From positions 124,001 to 188,000 of the IMG/VR virus record IMGVR_UViG_3300043446_003193: a DNA stretch of 64,000 nucleotides. One strand, written 5' to 3'. Shown one piece after another: positions 28,993 to 38,581 of this stretch (position 1 is its first letter; each line of letters opens with the position of its first letter). A program made the translations under genes and the position numbers. Below the pieces are notes generated by a model. That model made no database searches, was not told the DNA's origin, and saw only the letters and a program-made list of their open reading frames with translations.

Positions 28993-29363
28993 TATTGTAA
29001 ATTAACTAATTTATATTTTGTAGAATATAATAAAGTTACAATCGTATCAATATCGTTTTGTAACCAACTCATTTGTAACTTTTCATCTTTTCTTAATTTC
29101 TCAACTGCTTTACAAAGTTTTTCAAAATAAGAAATTATATTTTTGATATCATTGTTAGTATCAATACCACTTACTGGTTGAACTTTGATTAATCCGTACT
29201 GTCCTTGATATGCTTCCACTAATCCATCTACTAATCCACCAATTGAATCGTAATATGTACCTAAAGCCAAATGAGCAGATAATGCACCAACACCTTTAAC
29301 TCCCCAATGGAAAGCATGTGCTTGTGTTCTACTGTGTAATAATAATGATGCTAATTGTTCCAT
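28992..29363 (-). CDS. Ferritin/Dps-like four-helix protein (DUF5856-like)
   Basis: QAH.FHW...HLALG.YYD.I..LVD.LVE.YQG.YG...LQN.ID.I..L...T.YKL pattern. Confidence 0.75.
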   Translation of the reverse strand: MEQLASLLLHSRTQAHAFHWGVKGVGALSAHLALGTYYDSIGGLVDGLVEAYQGQYGLIKVQPVSGIDTNNDIKNIISYFEKLCKAVEKLRKDEKLQMSWLQNDIDTIVTLLYSTKYKLVNLQ

Positions 29364-29792
29364 TTATTTACAAGTTTTACATTCGTTAATTCCCAGTCTT
29401 TGTTTCATCACATCTTCAGAAATATCTGCTATTTCAAAATATCTTCCTAATACATGTCCCATATCTTCATAAAGAGCCTCTAATCTTTGTTGTTGTGCTC
29501 TAGCTTCTACTGCTTCCTTTTCAAATGAAGTTTGTAACTTTTTAAGTTCATTCATATTTCTCTTAATAGTTACTCTATCAAACCAATCTCCACCTTCTCT
29601 TAAAGTATATTCTTGTGCTGCATCTGCAATACCACCCAATGTTTCTGCAATTTGCATAATATCAGATTTTCTACTCATACCTTCTCTATGTTGGTTATAT
29701 GTAGAAATTATTTCTAAGAAGTGTTTTTTTAATTCAGAAGGCAATTGTTCTAATTGTTCTTCTTCTTTCAATAAATCTTTTAACTTTATCAT
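29364..29792 (-). CDS. Putative internal head protein
   Basis: 142 aa helical, begins MIKLKDLLKEEE. Confidence 0.5.
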   Translation of the reverse strand: MIKLKDLLKEEEQLEQLPSELKKHFLEIISTYNQHREGMSRKSDIMQIAETLGGIADAAQEYTLREGGDWFDRVTIKRNMNELKKLQTSFEKEAVEARAQQQRLEALYEDMGHVLGRYFEIADISEDVMKQRLGINECKTCK

Positions 29793-30067
29793 CTATGTAC
29801 GATTTTATACTTTTTTAATCTTTGTACTGCCTGAGATAAGTCCTGTGGAGTCATATCTAATGCGTCTACTAATTTAGCAATAACTAATTGTTCTTTTTTT
29901 CTTGGTAAGTTATATGATTTAATAACTTGCAATGCTCTATCTAAAAATCTTTCTACTTTAGAAGGTAGATTAACATCCATATCTTCCAAATCTTCATTCA
30001 TTTCTTCTTTTGAAAGAACTACTGCAGTTGTATAATTAGCCGGTATTAAGTTTATTAACTTTGCCAT
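29789..30067 (-). CDS. Putative internal head protein
   Basis: 92 aa, begins MAKLINLIP; ATGA overlap with the next gene. Confidence 0.5.
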   Translation of the reverse strand: MAKLINLIPANYTTAVVLSKEEMNEDLEDMDVNLPSKVERFLDRALQVIKSYNLPRKKEQLVIAKLVDALDMTPQDLSQAVQRLKKYKIVHR

Positions 30068-30068
30068 A

Positions 30069-30659
30069 TTAGTTTAATTCAATTATGATTTCTCTCATTA
30101 AATCCTGTGATTTACACCACTTACCACATTCTTCTGCCATCTGTTTCCATTGTTTAGATTCGTTCATTGGTGCCATAAATGCTCCATGTGTAGATGGATT
30201 AGAAACAAAATCCCAACCTACTAATTCAAAATCTTCTTGAACCATTACAGTTCCATCTCTTAATTCTTTAACAGACCCTAAACCTCTTGATGAAATACCT
30301 AAACGAATATTATTCTTTAATAATTCTTTTAATATGTTACCAGATGGAGTTGAAAGTATTTCTACTACACCACATACATCATCACCTTCCCAAAAAATTT
30401 CTCTAATATTGTGAGATACATTTTTTAAGTTAATTACTGGAGAATCCGGATGGTCTAATTCACCCAACGCTCTTCTTTCTTTAATGAGTTGTTCGTATTT
30501 TTTACACTCTCTTTCCAATATTTCACGTGGATATCTTCTACCATTTTGGTTTGCAGCCCCAGCTCTTTGAAGAATGCCCTTAACTAAATAAGTACCATTT
30601 TCTTCTTGTTGAAGTTTTGCTTCAAATAAGTGTGTTTCTATTAATAGTCCTTTGTTCAT
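30069..30659 (-). CDS. Prohead core protease (T4 gp21 family)
   Basis: NQNGRRYP, ALGELDHP, INL.NVSH, TPSGNI, LGISSRGLGS, DFVSNPST..AF signatures. Confidence 0.95.
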   Translation of the reverse strand: MNKGLLIETHLFEAKLQQEENGTYLVKGILQRAGAANQNGRRYPREILERECKKYEQLIKERRALGELDHPDSPVINLKNVSHNIREIFWEGDDVCGVVEILSTPSGNILKELLKNNIRLGISSRGLGSVKELRDGTVMVQEDFELVGWDFVSNPSTHGAFMAPMNESKQWKQMAEECGKWCKSQDLMREIIIELN

Positions 30660-30952
30660 TAGTCTTTTTTTCTTAATGCTGCTAAATCAGAACCTTCAAT
30701 TTCTCCGTCTTTATCAACATCAATTTGTTTTTGCTTATCAGTCAATTCTGCTTCATTATATCCTCTTAATCTACCTTCTGATTTTGCTTTATAAGCAGTA
30801 TCAACCGCATTAAAGAATTTTTTCTTATCATCATCACTCATAGAGCTGATATCTTTGCCACTCTTATCTAACATATGTTTAAACAATTGCTGATAATCGT
30901 TTTCTTCTTTAACTACCTGACGGATAAGTTCTTTTAATTGTGATGTTTTCAT
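30659..30952 (-). CDS. Putative internal head protein with EF-hand-like loop
   Basis: MKTSQLKELIRQVVKEE start; C-terminal DVDKDGEIEGSD. Confidence 0.55.
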   Translation of the reverse strand: MKTSQLKELIRQVVKEENDYQQLFKHMLDKSGKDISSMSDDDKKKFFNAVDTAYKAKSEGRLRGYNEAELTDKQKQIDVDKDGEIEGSDLAALRKKD

Positions 30953-31549
30953 TTATTCTGATATTTTACGAATTTGTTGCTCTAATTTTATCAATCTTTC
31001 CTTTATAGTATAAATATGTTTATTTGTTCTTTTCCAAAAATTCTGATTACTTACACCACTTTCTTGCTTTATTTTACCATACCAATTCAAAAACCTTTCC
31101 ATTTCAGCAAGTTGTTTACTTATATTAGAAATTCCTTTTCCTATTTTGTGTGTTGCAGGAACATTTTCTTTTTTAAGTTCTAACCAACGATTTTCTTTAA
31201 CAACACTATATCCAGTTAAATCTGCTTGCCTTTTTCCTTTAGATTTTTCATCACCTTTTTTAGTGAACGCATATGGAGTATTATAAGGACCAGCCGCATC
31301 GCTAGTTGTCATTTCATCAACCATTCGTTCTCTAACCATTTTACGAATGATTTCTTTTATTTTTTGAAGTTCTTCTTCCTTTTTATCAGGTAATCCAGCG
31401 TGTTTTGTAGATGCAAAATCTTTAGCATCTTTATCGGACATTGAATCTGCTGCTTTTTGTACTTCTGGAGATGGGTTTTCCATATCACCTTTTTGAGCGG
31501 CATGAACCATTCCCATAAATCTTTGTTGTGCTTTAGATACTGCTGGCAT
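30953..31549 (-). CDS. DUF3008-like multi-module head protein
   Basis: MPAVSKAQQRFMG...DFASTKH.GLP.K N-terminal module followed by further modules after Glu sites. Confidence 0.6.
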   Translation of the reverse strand: MPAVSKAQQRFMGMVHAAQKGDMENPSPEVQKAADSMSDKDAKDFASTKHAGLPDKKEEELQKIKEIIRKMVRERMVDEMTTSDAAGPYNTPYAFTKKGDEKSKGKRQADLTGYSVVKENRWLELKKENVPATHKIGKGISNISKQLAEMERFLNWYGKIKQESGVSNQNFWKRTNKHIYTIKERLIKLEQQIRKISE

Positions 31550-31565
31550 TTTTAATAAATTTAAA

Positions 31566-31802
31566 TTATTGTAATACTATAACCGAACCGGTTAAATTAA
31601 TTAATGCTGCAGGATAACAAGGAAATATCTGATGGTTATCTATTGAAGCCAAACTTATACTACCACCACCCTCTAATGCTATACTTCCACTAGGATTTCC
31701 TTCCCCTCTCATTATACCCCAAACATTTGGATAGTTTGTACCTGGACCTAATGCAACTGAAGAAGATACTATTGTTACTTTGTATGCTCTATAATTTGTC
31801 AT
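31566..31802 (-). CDS. Small hypothetical (likely exterior head) protein
   Basis: 78 aa beta-rich, contains SSS, SGS and TGS. Confidence 0.5.
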   Translation of the reverse strand: MTNYRAYKVTIVSSSVALGPGTNYPNVWGIMRGEGNPSGSIALEGGGSISLASIDNHQIFPCYPAALINLTGSVIVLQ

Positions 31803-31805
31803 TTT

Positions 31806-32681
31806 TTATTTTTTTATTGATTCCTTTAATTCTTTTAATAATTCATAACTCATCATCAATGCAGATAAATGTTGTTCTTTAATCTTTTTTACAGATTTAA
31901 TTTTTTTAATATTTGCAATTGTTTCTGCTAATTTGATTTTAGTAACTTTATCTGAAATTTTTGAACCAACTTCTTTTAAATTAGTAACTATGTTTGAAAC
32001 TTCATTACTAACATATTCATTTAACTTACCAGTATTATTGATATTGTTGATATATTCTCTCAATAATCCTTTTTGTTCTTCAGTAAGGTTTTTGTATTTT
32101 GTATTAAAACTTTCTACTAATAACTTGTAAGATACTGCTCTTAAATCCTCATCTTGTTTTTTATATTCTTCTAAAACAGCATCTTTCATTTTAGAATCTT
32201 TATTTTGAATAGAAGAGTTGATAATATTTTCTGCAATTGTAAAACGAGATGAAACTATATCAGTTGGGTCAAATTGTTCATCTGATGTAACTGTTTCAAA
32301 AATTTTATAAATAGATGCTAATGTTTTATAATTAGAAATTGGAGATTTAATAAACTCATCTAAATTATAAGTTTCTTTAATCTCTTTAATAAGATTATAT
32401 TTTTCTTTTGTAAGTTTTTTCTCGTCTAATCTTTTACGAGCTTCTAAAATCGTATTGATGAATTGATCAGCTTTTGATTCTGAATTATATTTTTCATTAA
32501 TAAGATATTGGTATAATTTCAATTCTTTTGATAATTCTTTTTTAGAATTAAAATATTCTTTTAGAATTTTTTCTGCTACGGACTTATTTGCAGACATTAT
32601 TTCTGCGGTAATTTGTCTTACTAGTAATTCAAATATAAAACCAGTATTTTTAAATTTAGAATGTTTAATTTTTTTCATCAA
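31806..32681 (-). CDS. Conserved head-morphogenesis protein downstream of portal
   Basis: 291 aa helical, KHSKFKNTG.IFELLVR; ATG at 32678 is the likelier start. Confidence 0.55.
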   Translation of the reverse strand: MMKKIKHSKFKNTGFIFELLVRQITAEIMSANKSVAEKILKEYFNSKKELSKELKLYQYLINEKYNSESKADQFINTILEARKRLDEKKLTKEKYNLIKEIKETYNLDEFIKSPISNYKTLASIYKIFETVTSDEQFDPTDIVSSRFTIAENIINSSIQNKDSKMKDAVLEEYKKQDEDLRAVSYKLLVESFNTKYKNLTEEQKGLLREYINNINNTGKLNEYVSNEVSNIVTNLKEVGSKISDKVTKIKLAETIANIKKIKSVKKIKEQHLSALMMSYELLKELKESIKK

Positions 32682-32699
32682 TTGATATAGTTAATCAGA

Positions 32700-32708
32700 T
32701 ATAAATAT
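32700..32708 (-). promoter_or_regulatory. Putative late promoter motif ATATTTATA
   Basis: Intergenic, upstream of 32681. Confidence 0.65.
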
Positions 32709-32725
32709 ATTTTTCTATTAGTTTA

Positions 32726-34474
32726 TTACTCTTTTGTTAAATCTTCTGTCAAAATCTTCTTTTTGTTACCATTCATATCTTTGAAAACTTCTAAATATGA
32801 ATTTTTTGGAACATATTTTTTAACAGAACCTTCTTTCGCTTTAAGAGTTTTTATTCCTAATGGGTCTCTACCTTCTGGATGGTCATCCTTACCATATCTA
32901 ACTGGGTCTTTAGGTCTACCAACCCCATCTTCCTCTAATTCTGCTTTTAATTTATTTAATTCTTCTTCAACATTTGTAGGGCCTTCGGTTCCAGTTTCTT
33001 TTGCTGGATCTACACCCTGTGTTTCAATTGATGTTAAACGGAATGTTTGTTTAGTATCTTCTAATATTGAAAGTGTTTGCTCATCTTGTTCATCTTTAGC
33101 CATTCCCATTATAGCTTGATACATCCATTCTTTAGAGAACATTTTTGTTTGTTGCATTTGTTGAATTAATGCAACTTTAGATGTATACAACTCTACTTTC
33201 TCTTGCTCATAAATTTTAGATGGAATAGTTAATTCCAATGTAAAGTTTGTTAAACGGTCATCATCAATACCTTGTGCGTATAAGTGGATGATTGCAATTT
33301 TGGTTAATTCAGAAACCATAACTCTTTGTATTCTCTCAATGGTTTTTGCAAATCTAACATCCATCGCTGCAAGAGTTGCTTTACCATTTGTATCTTCTTC
33401 ATATCCTAAATATGCTTTTGGAATTTGAAGTGCTGCCATCAATTTATTTTTAAGATAATTGATGTCTTCAATCATATTGTATTCCAACCCTTTTAGAGTA
33501 TCAATTGAAGTACCATTATCATTACCTCTTACTGGCATATAATAATCTTCAATCAAATTCTGTATATTGTATTTTAAATTATATTCACCCGTTCTTTCAT
33601 CAACAAATGGAACTTTTTTAGATGCATTTATAATTTTTTGCATGTAGTTATCTACCTCATTTGGTGGAATATTACCTACATCAATTTTAAAGATTCGTTT
33701 TTCAGGTGCTCTCATTACTCTATGAATCAACATAGCATCTTCCATCAACATCAATTGTTTCCAAACTCTTCTTGCACCTTCTAACATTGATTTACCATAT
33801 GGAAGGAAGTTGGAATCGTTATTTAAACGGAAGTGAGCAACTTCATAATTTTCAAATTCTTTTTTAGGAGTTTGTCCATAAGAACCCAATGGGTTTTGAT
33901 ATGGAGCGTATACAAATTTAACTCTTTGTGGATTTTGTTGGTCAAACCCTTCAACTCTACTAACTTCATATGAAGAAAGTGGCATAACATTTACAATACC
34001 AATTCCTTCTTCTGCTGCGATTTCTAATTGTAAATATAAATCACCATATTTTACTAAATTTCTTGTCCATGGCCATAAGTTAAATTCAACATTTAAAATA
34101 TCGTAGAAAAGATTTTCTAATATTTGTTTTACATTATCATCTTCGTGATGAATTTTTAAAACATTACCCATTTCATTTCTAGCAGTACACTCATCTGCAT
34201 ATGTATTTAATGCTGATGATAGTATTGGGTCTGTATCCATTGAATCGTAATCTCTGAACAAGTCAATTCTAACTTGTTGATATGCCATTGATGATTCAAT
34301 GTTACCAGTTCCATAATTTGTAACCTTTAATTTCATAAAGCGGTCAACAAGATTAGTGGTCATATTTTGCCACTCATCTGTATCAATTACTTTAACTCCC
34401 TTTTCGGTTTTACGAACTATGGTGTTTGTTGAAAATAATTTTTGTAACCTGCCTAATACTGATTTATCTGCCAT
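32726..34474 (-). CDS. Portal protein (T4 gp20 family)
   Basis: LMLMEDAMLIHR.MRAPE.RIF.IDVGN.P, EDYY.P.RG...T.IDTL.G, EDI.Y...KL..AL.IP. Confidence 0.95.
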   Translation of the reverse strand: MADKSVLGRLQKLFSTNTIVRKTEKGVKVIDTDEWQNMTTNLVDRFMKLKVTNYGTGNIESSMAYQQVRIDLFRDYDSMDTDPILSSALNTYADECTARNEMGNVLKIHHEDDNVKQILENLFYDILNVEFNLWPWTRNLVKYGDLYLQLEIAAEEGIGIVNVMPLSSYEVSRVEGFDQQNPQRVKFVYAPYQNPLGSYGQTPKKEFENYEVAHFRLNNDSNFLPYGKSMLEGARRVWKQLMLMEDAMLIHRVMRAPEKRIFKIDVGNIPPNEVDNYMQKIINASKKVPFVDERTGEYNLKYNIQNLIEDYYMPVRGNDNGTSIDTLKGLEYNMIEDINYLKNKLMAALQIPKAYLGYEEDTNGKATLAAMDVRFAKTIERIQRVMVSELTKIAIIHLYAQGIDDDRLTNFTLELTIPSKIYEQEKVELYTSKVALIQQMQQTKMFSKEWMYQAIMGMAKDEQDEQTLSILEDTKQTFRLTSIETQGVDPAKETGTEGPTNVEEELNKLKAELEEDGVGRPKDPVRYGKDDHPEGRDPLGIKTLKAKEGSVKKYVPKNSYLEVFKDMNGNKKKILTEDLTKE

Positions 34475-34494
34475 TTTGTTTTATATAATTTTTT

Positions 34495-34525
34495 TGAAGA
34501 TACGAAAAATAATTGGAATTACCAA
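34495..34525 (-). promoter_or_regulatory. Bacteroidota-type promoter (variant) upstream of portal
   Basis: Minus strand TTG-N20-TATCTTCA. Confidence 0.5.
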
Positions 34526-35586
34526 GCTCTACAACTCCAATATCTTGCTTTCCATCTTGGGCCTGGATTATCACAATTATGTCTCGCTCTAAAATTCTTT
34601 CTTCTTTCTGGATTATCTTTTTTAATAACCATTCTCTTTCCTTTTGCAGATGTACCACCAAATCCAAAGTTTACTTTAACAACATTTCCTTTGTCGTTTT
34701 TAACATATACTTTAAATTTCTTTACATCACCTTGCATTGGTTTACCTAATTTAACACTTCTACCTTGATATTCTGCTTCATATACACAATTACAATTTGC
34801 CTCTGCAAGTTGTTTGGTATATTCTCTCATAAATTTAATAAAATCATGAGTATCTTGTTCGTTTTCTACATCATACTCATCAATTTCTGTTGCGTCATCT
34901 CCATAGTATCCACCAGGTTGGTCGTTTTCTTTTACAGGTACACAGTTTGGAACCATTTTACCATTTTTCATTTTACCACCAATTTCTCTATATCCATCCC
35001 AACATTCATGTAATGCATTTAGTTCTCCTAAACTTTCATCACATTTTCTCCAACCACCACCTTTTTCTTTGTAGTTTTTTGCGGCCCATCCATTTGCATA
35101 TGCTGATGGGTATACATCAAATTTAGACTTAGCAGCGGATTTAGATGCTGCCCATTTACCAGGGTCTGTTGGGCAATTCTTTTCTAAGAATAAATTTAGT
35201 TTTTCTTCTATATTCATAGTTTCATTTTTTTTCTTTCCTGCGCAATGTGCTTTTTGACTAAAACCTTTTGGATTATTACAGTCTATACTATTTTTATATT
35301 TTTGACTCCAATCTTCATTTTTTGGTTTAGTAGAAACATATATAGGTGTTTTACCTTGTCCACTACTATCTTTACCACCTCTTCCCGCATCGTTTTGTGC
35401 AGCTCTCTTTCTACGAGTTGCACTTTCTTTCTCTTTCTTACTCATTCCGGCAGCTTTTGCAGCGGGAACACATTTGGCATATCCACTTTTATCTCCAGAA
35501 GTTCCACATGGTGGGTGTTTACCATCAACTTTCTTGCCGATGTTTACCCATTTTTCTTTAAACCATTTATTTAAATCTTCGTTCAT
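34519..35586 (-). CDS. Multi-module basic Cys/Trp-rich protein (candidate polyprotein)
   Basis: 355 aa made of about five short basic modules separated by acidic xxE linkers. Confidence 0.7.
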   Translation of the reverse strand: MNEDLNKWFKEKWVNIGKKVDGKHPPCGTSGDKSGYAKCVPAAKAAGMSKKEKESATRRKRAAQNDAGRGGKDSSGQGKTPIYVSTKPKNEDWSQKYKNSIDCNNPKGFSQKAHCAGKKKNETMNIEEKLNLFLEKNCPTDPGKWAASKSAAKSKFDVYPSAYANGWAAKNYKEKGGGWRKCDESLGELNALHECWDGYREIGGKMKNGKMVPNCVPVKENDQPGGYYGDDATEIDEYDVENEQDTHDFIKFMREYTKQLAEANCNCVYEAEYQGRSVKLGKPMQGDVKKFKVYVKNDKGNVVKVNFGFGGTSAKGKRMVIKKDNPERRKNFRARHNCDNPGPRWKARYWSCRAW

Positions 35587-35603
35587 CTATAAGAGTTTCA
35601 ACA

Positions 35604-35612
35604 TATAAATAT
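35604..35612 (-). promoter_or_regulatory. Putative late promoter motif ATATTTATA
   Basis: Intergenic, upstream of 35586. Confidence 0.65.
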
Positions 35613-35617
35613 AAAAT

Positions 35618-37225
35618 TTATCCAATTAACCAGGTTAAATTTTCTGTTCCTTTTTTTCCTAAATCCATTTCATATGGATTTTGTTTTAAATGGTTAGTGG
35701 ATATTAATCCTTCATATTTGTTTATTTGTGTTGCACCTAACATACTTTTAGTTAAGTCAATACCTTCTTGTTTTAAACGAAGTGCTGTATTTCTAACCCA
35801 AAGTCCAATTGCCATAGCCATTGTCAAGTCATCATTATAACCCTTCATAGCTTCTGCTCTTCCAGCTTGCCAAATAAATGTAAATAATTCATCTATCAAT
35901 CTACCAGAACGAATAAGGATATCTTTATCGTTTATGTAGGTATCTAATGTTGAAATAATAAGAGGACGAGTTTTTGATGTAGTAGAGAATCCTGCAACCA
36001 TTTTCTTTTCATCTCTATAAAATTTACTACTCATTTGTTTTTCTACATCAATATATTTTAAATCAACACTCATATAAAATAGATTTCCGTATCCTCTATC
36101 TATACATTGTTGAATTGTAGACCATCCTACGTTTGAGTTTTCTACTACTAGTAATGCGTTGTTCCATTCGGTTGCAACGGCTACTAAAAAGTTTCCAAAG
36201 TCTTTTGTTTCAATTTTACCTCTATATTCTGCAACTTGAGAACTATCCTCAATATCAATAACCTGAAAAGTAGAATAATCCGAACCATCTCCTCTCGCTA
36301 CGTCGGCCACTACCATATATTGTCTATTATAATTTGGATGTTCCCATTTCCAATAGTTACCATCAAACCCAGTTTTTTCTATCGGGTCCATCACATATGT
36401 ATCTTTATACCACATCAATAATTGAGGATCTATTACAGTGTCACCAGAAGATACGAAGTCACAGTCACATTCTTGTGCTGCACCTTTAACTCCTAAGATT
36501 CTTGTTTGTTCATCTCTCCACGCTTGATTTCTTTCAGGGTGTACAGTCCAATGTAGATTAATACAATTAAACCCGTTTGAACCATTTTCTCCTTCAACCC
36601 ACATTTTATGGAACCAGTTACCCACACCATTAGGAGTAGATAATACAATAGCAGCACCACCCGTTGAAAGTGTTGACTGTGCTGATAACCAAATTTCATC
36701 AATATCTCTAATGAATGCGGCCTCATCCACAACTAATAGGGATAGGGCTTCCGAACGTCCTGCATCAGGAGAACTTGCAATTGCTTTTACTTGAGAACCA
36801 TTTTTTAATTTAAGAGAAAGTTTGTTATCTTCAGCTGCTGCGGTTGAACCATCTCTTAACCAAACAGGAAGAAGGTCATGCATTACTCTAACCTTTTCAA
36901 CAAGGTTTTTGGCTACCGTAACTTTTGTTGCAATAACCAATGCATTAAAATCTTGATTAAATAACATTTTCCAAAGAATGTATCCTGCAGAAAGTGTTGA
37001 AAGACCTAACTGACGGGATTTAAGAATAATGTTAAAACGATTATCTTTAAAATCTGTTAAACATCCCTCCTGGAAAGGATAAAGGTGAAAGGGTATTTTT
37101 CCTCTCACCGGGTGCTGAATTACACAATATTTTTTCATAAAGTAAATGGGGTCTCCCGCACACTTACGATATTCTTCAGCGATTATCTCTTTCAGGCTCT
37201 TCTTTGGTTGAGCTTGAGCTTGCAT
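35618..37225 (-). CDS. Terminase large subunit (T4 gp17 family)
   Basis: Walker A ILKSRQLGLST, Walker B LLVVDEAAF, STPNG, RNase H-like ADVARGDGSDYS and NDDL.MA. Confidence 0.96.
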   Translation of the reverse strand: MQAQAQPKKSLKEIIAEEYRKCAGDPIYFMKKYCVIQHPVRGKIPFHLYPFQEGCLTDFKDNRFNIILKSRQLGLSTLSAGYILWKMLFNQDFNALVIATKVTVAKNLVEKVRVMHDLLPVWLRDGSTAAAEDNKLSLKLKNGSQVKAIASSPDAGRSEALSLLVVDEAAFIRDIDEIWLSAQSTLSTGGAAIVLSTPNGVGNWFHKMWVEGENGSNGFNCINLHWTVHPERNQAWRDEQTRILGVKGAAQECDCDFVSSGDTVIDPQLLMWYKDTYVMDPIEKTGFDGNYWKWEHPNYNRQYMVVADVARGDGSDYSTFQVIDIEDSSQVAEYRGKIETKDFGNFLVAVATEWNNALLVVENSNVGWSTIQQCIDRGYGNLFYMSVDLKYIDVEKQMSSKFYRDEKKMVAGFSTTSKTRPLIISTLDTYINDKDILIRSGRLIDELFTFIWQAGRAEAMKGYNDDLTMAMAIGLWVRNTALRLKQEGIDLTKSMLGATQINKYEGLISTNHLKQNPYEMDLGKKGTENLTWLIG

Positions 37226-37872
37226 TATTTTTTAAATTTAATCTTCCAATATACACCTGCCCCAACATATGGTGATAAAGAACCATTTGTTCCATCAACC
37301 GTTCTGTTTGCAACGCCGGCACCTAATTGGTAAATTTTATCTTTTTTAGTTTTTACTATAACACCTGCACCTATATTAGATACCACATCTGCTTTATTAA
37401 ATCCACCATTGAATCCATAATATACTTGTGTTTTAGGTAATTCTTTAACAATAAGAGTTTCTTTAATTTCTCTTTGTTTTACACTTGCATTGAAAGTTCT
37501 ACCTAAAATTTTATTTTGTGTAATAGTATCTGTTACTGCTACTGTACCCAATGAATCAGGCAATCTTAAAGTATCTTTATAAACATTTTTAGCAAAGAAA
37601 TCTTTTAATAACGCTGCTGTGTCTACTATTGTAGGAATTACAACTTCTTTTTCAACAATTGTTTCGTGATAAATATCTGCACCTTTTTTAGTTACAACTT
37701 TAGTTTTTACAACTTCAAATGTATCAATATCATGTTTAATAACTTCATATTTTTTACCATCAATTCTAACAGTTCTTCCTGGCATTTTACCACCTGGATT
37801 AAAATACTCCAATAATACGATTACAACTAATACCGCAATTGCGATGTTTTTTAAATTTAATAATTTTTTCAT
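37225..37872 (-). CDS. Membrane-anchored protein, candidate lysis/spanin-like
   Basis: N-terminal hydrophobic helix, extended stalk, C-terminal amphipathic beta-strands ending YVGAGVYWKIKF. Confidence 0.55.
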   Translation of the reverse strand: MKKLLNLKNIAIAVLVVIVLLEYFNPGGKMPGRTVRIDGKKYEVIKHDIDTFEVVKTKVVTKKGADIYHETIVEKEVVIPTIVDTAALLKDFFAKNVYKDTLRLPDSLGTVAVTDTITQNKILGRTFNASVKQREIKETLIVKELPKTQVYYGFNGGFNKADVVSNIGAGVIVKTKKDKIYQLGAGVANRTVDGTNGSLSPYVGAGVYWKIKFKK

Positions 37873-37876
37873 AATT

Positions 37877-38545
37877 TTATTTTTTAATTAATTCTGGATG
37901 ATTTAACTCAACCAACTTTTCTTCTAATAACCTTTTTCTTTCAATCAATAATTCTATTGCTTCATAAGAATTATCAATATCTTTTTTTAAATCTTTTTTT
38001 ACTTTTTCAATGTCAACATCCCAATCCCATTTTGAAATTGTACCATCTTCATTAACCATTTCAATTTGTTGTTTCACTCCACCTAAAGCCTCTTCCAATC
38101 TATCTTTATATTCTCTTATAAAAGCCAATTTATTTCTGGTTATTTTATAATCTTCATAGTACGGATATGTACCATCTATCTTTAGATTTGTTTCTAGTTT
38201 TGCTAAACAATTTGTACATAATCCTGTTTTACGGATTAGTTTTTTGTCTGCCCAACTATATTTTCCAGTCTCACATTTTTCATCAGAACAAGTATTTAAT
38301 TTTTGTAAATACTGTCTAACATCATCCATTTGTGAATGAGCGATTTTAAAACCTTCTTTTTGTTCCCAAGTCTTACCATCAGAATCGGTCCAGATTTCTC
38401 CAACCTTTCTTTTTTGCTCACTTTCTTTTTCATAACCAAATACTCTTTGAGTATTATCTTCTCTTCCAAAAACCGTGTCTATAATGAGTTTACGAGATTT
38501 GTGCATCCCTTTTGCTTTCTCATCAAAACTTTTTCTTTTTGCCAT
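37877..38545 (-). CDS. Hypothetical protein with putative Zn site
   Basis: CSDEKC...LCTNC; lies upstream of the terminase. Confidence 0.6.
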   Translation of the reverse strand: MAKRKSFDEKAKGMHKSRKLIIDTVFGREDNTQRVFGYEKESEQKRKVGEIWTDSDGKTWEQKEGFKIAHSQMDDVRQYLQKLNTCSDEKCETGKYSWADKKLIRKTGLCTNCLAKLETNLKIDGTYPYYEDYKITRNKLAFIREYKDRLEEALGGVKQQIEMVNEDGTISKWDWDVDIEKVKKDLKKDIDNSYEAIELLIERKRLLEEKLVELNHPELIKK

Positions 38546-38564
38546 TGTAACTGTTTAATTTATA

Positions 38565-38573
38565 TATAAATAT
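38565..38573 (-). promoter_or_regulatory. Putative late promoter motif ATATTTATA
   Basis: Intergenic, upstream of 38545. Confidence 0.65.
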
Positions 38574-38581
38574 ATATTGTC

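Noticed and set aside
37877-38545. Terminase small subunit
   Set aside because: The position is suggestive, but I see no recognisable TerS motif.
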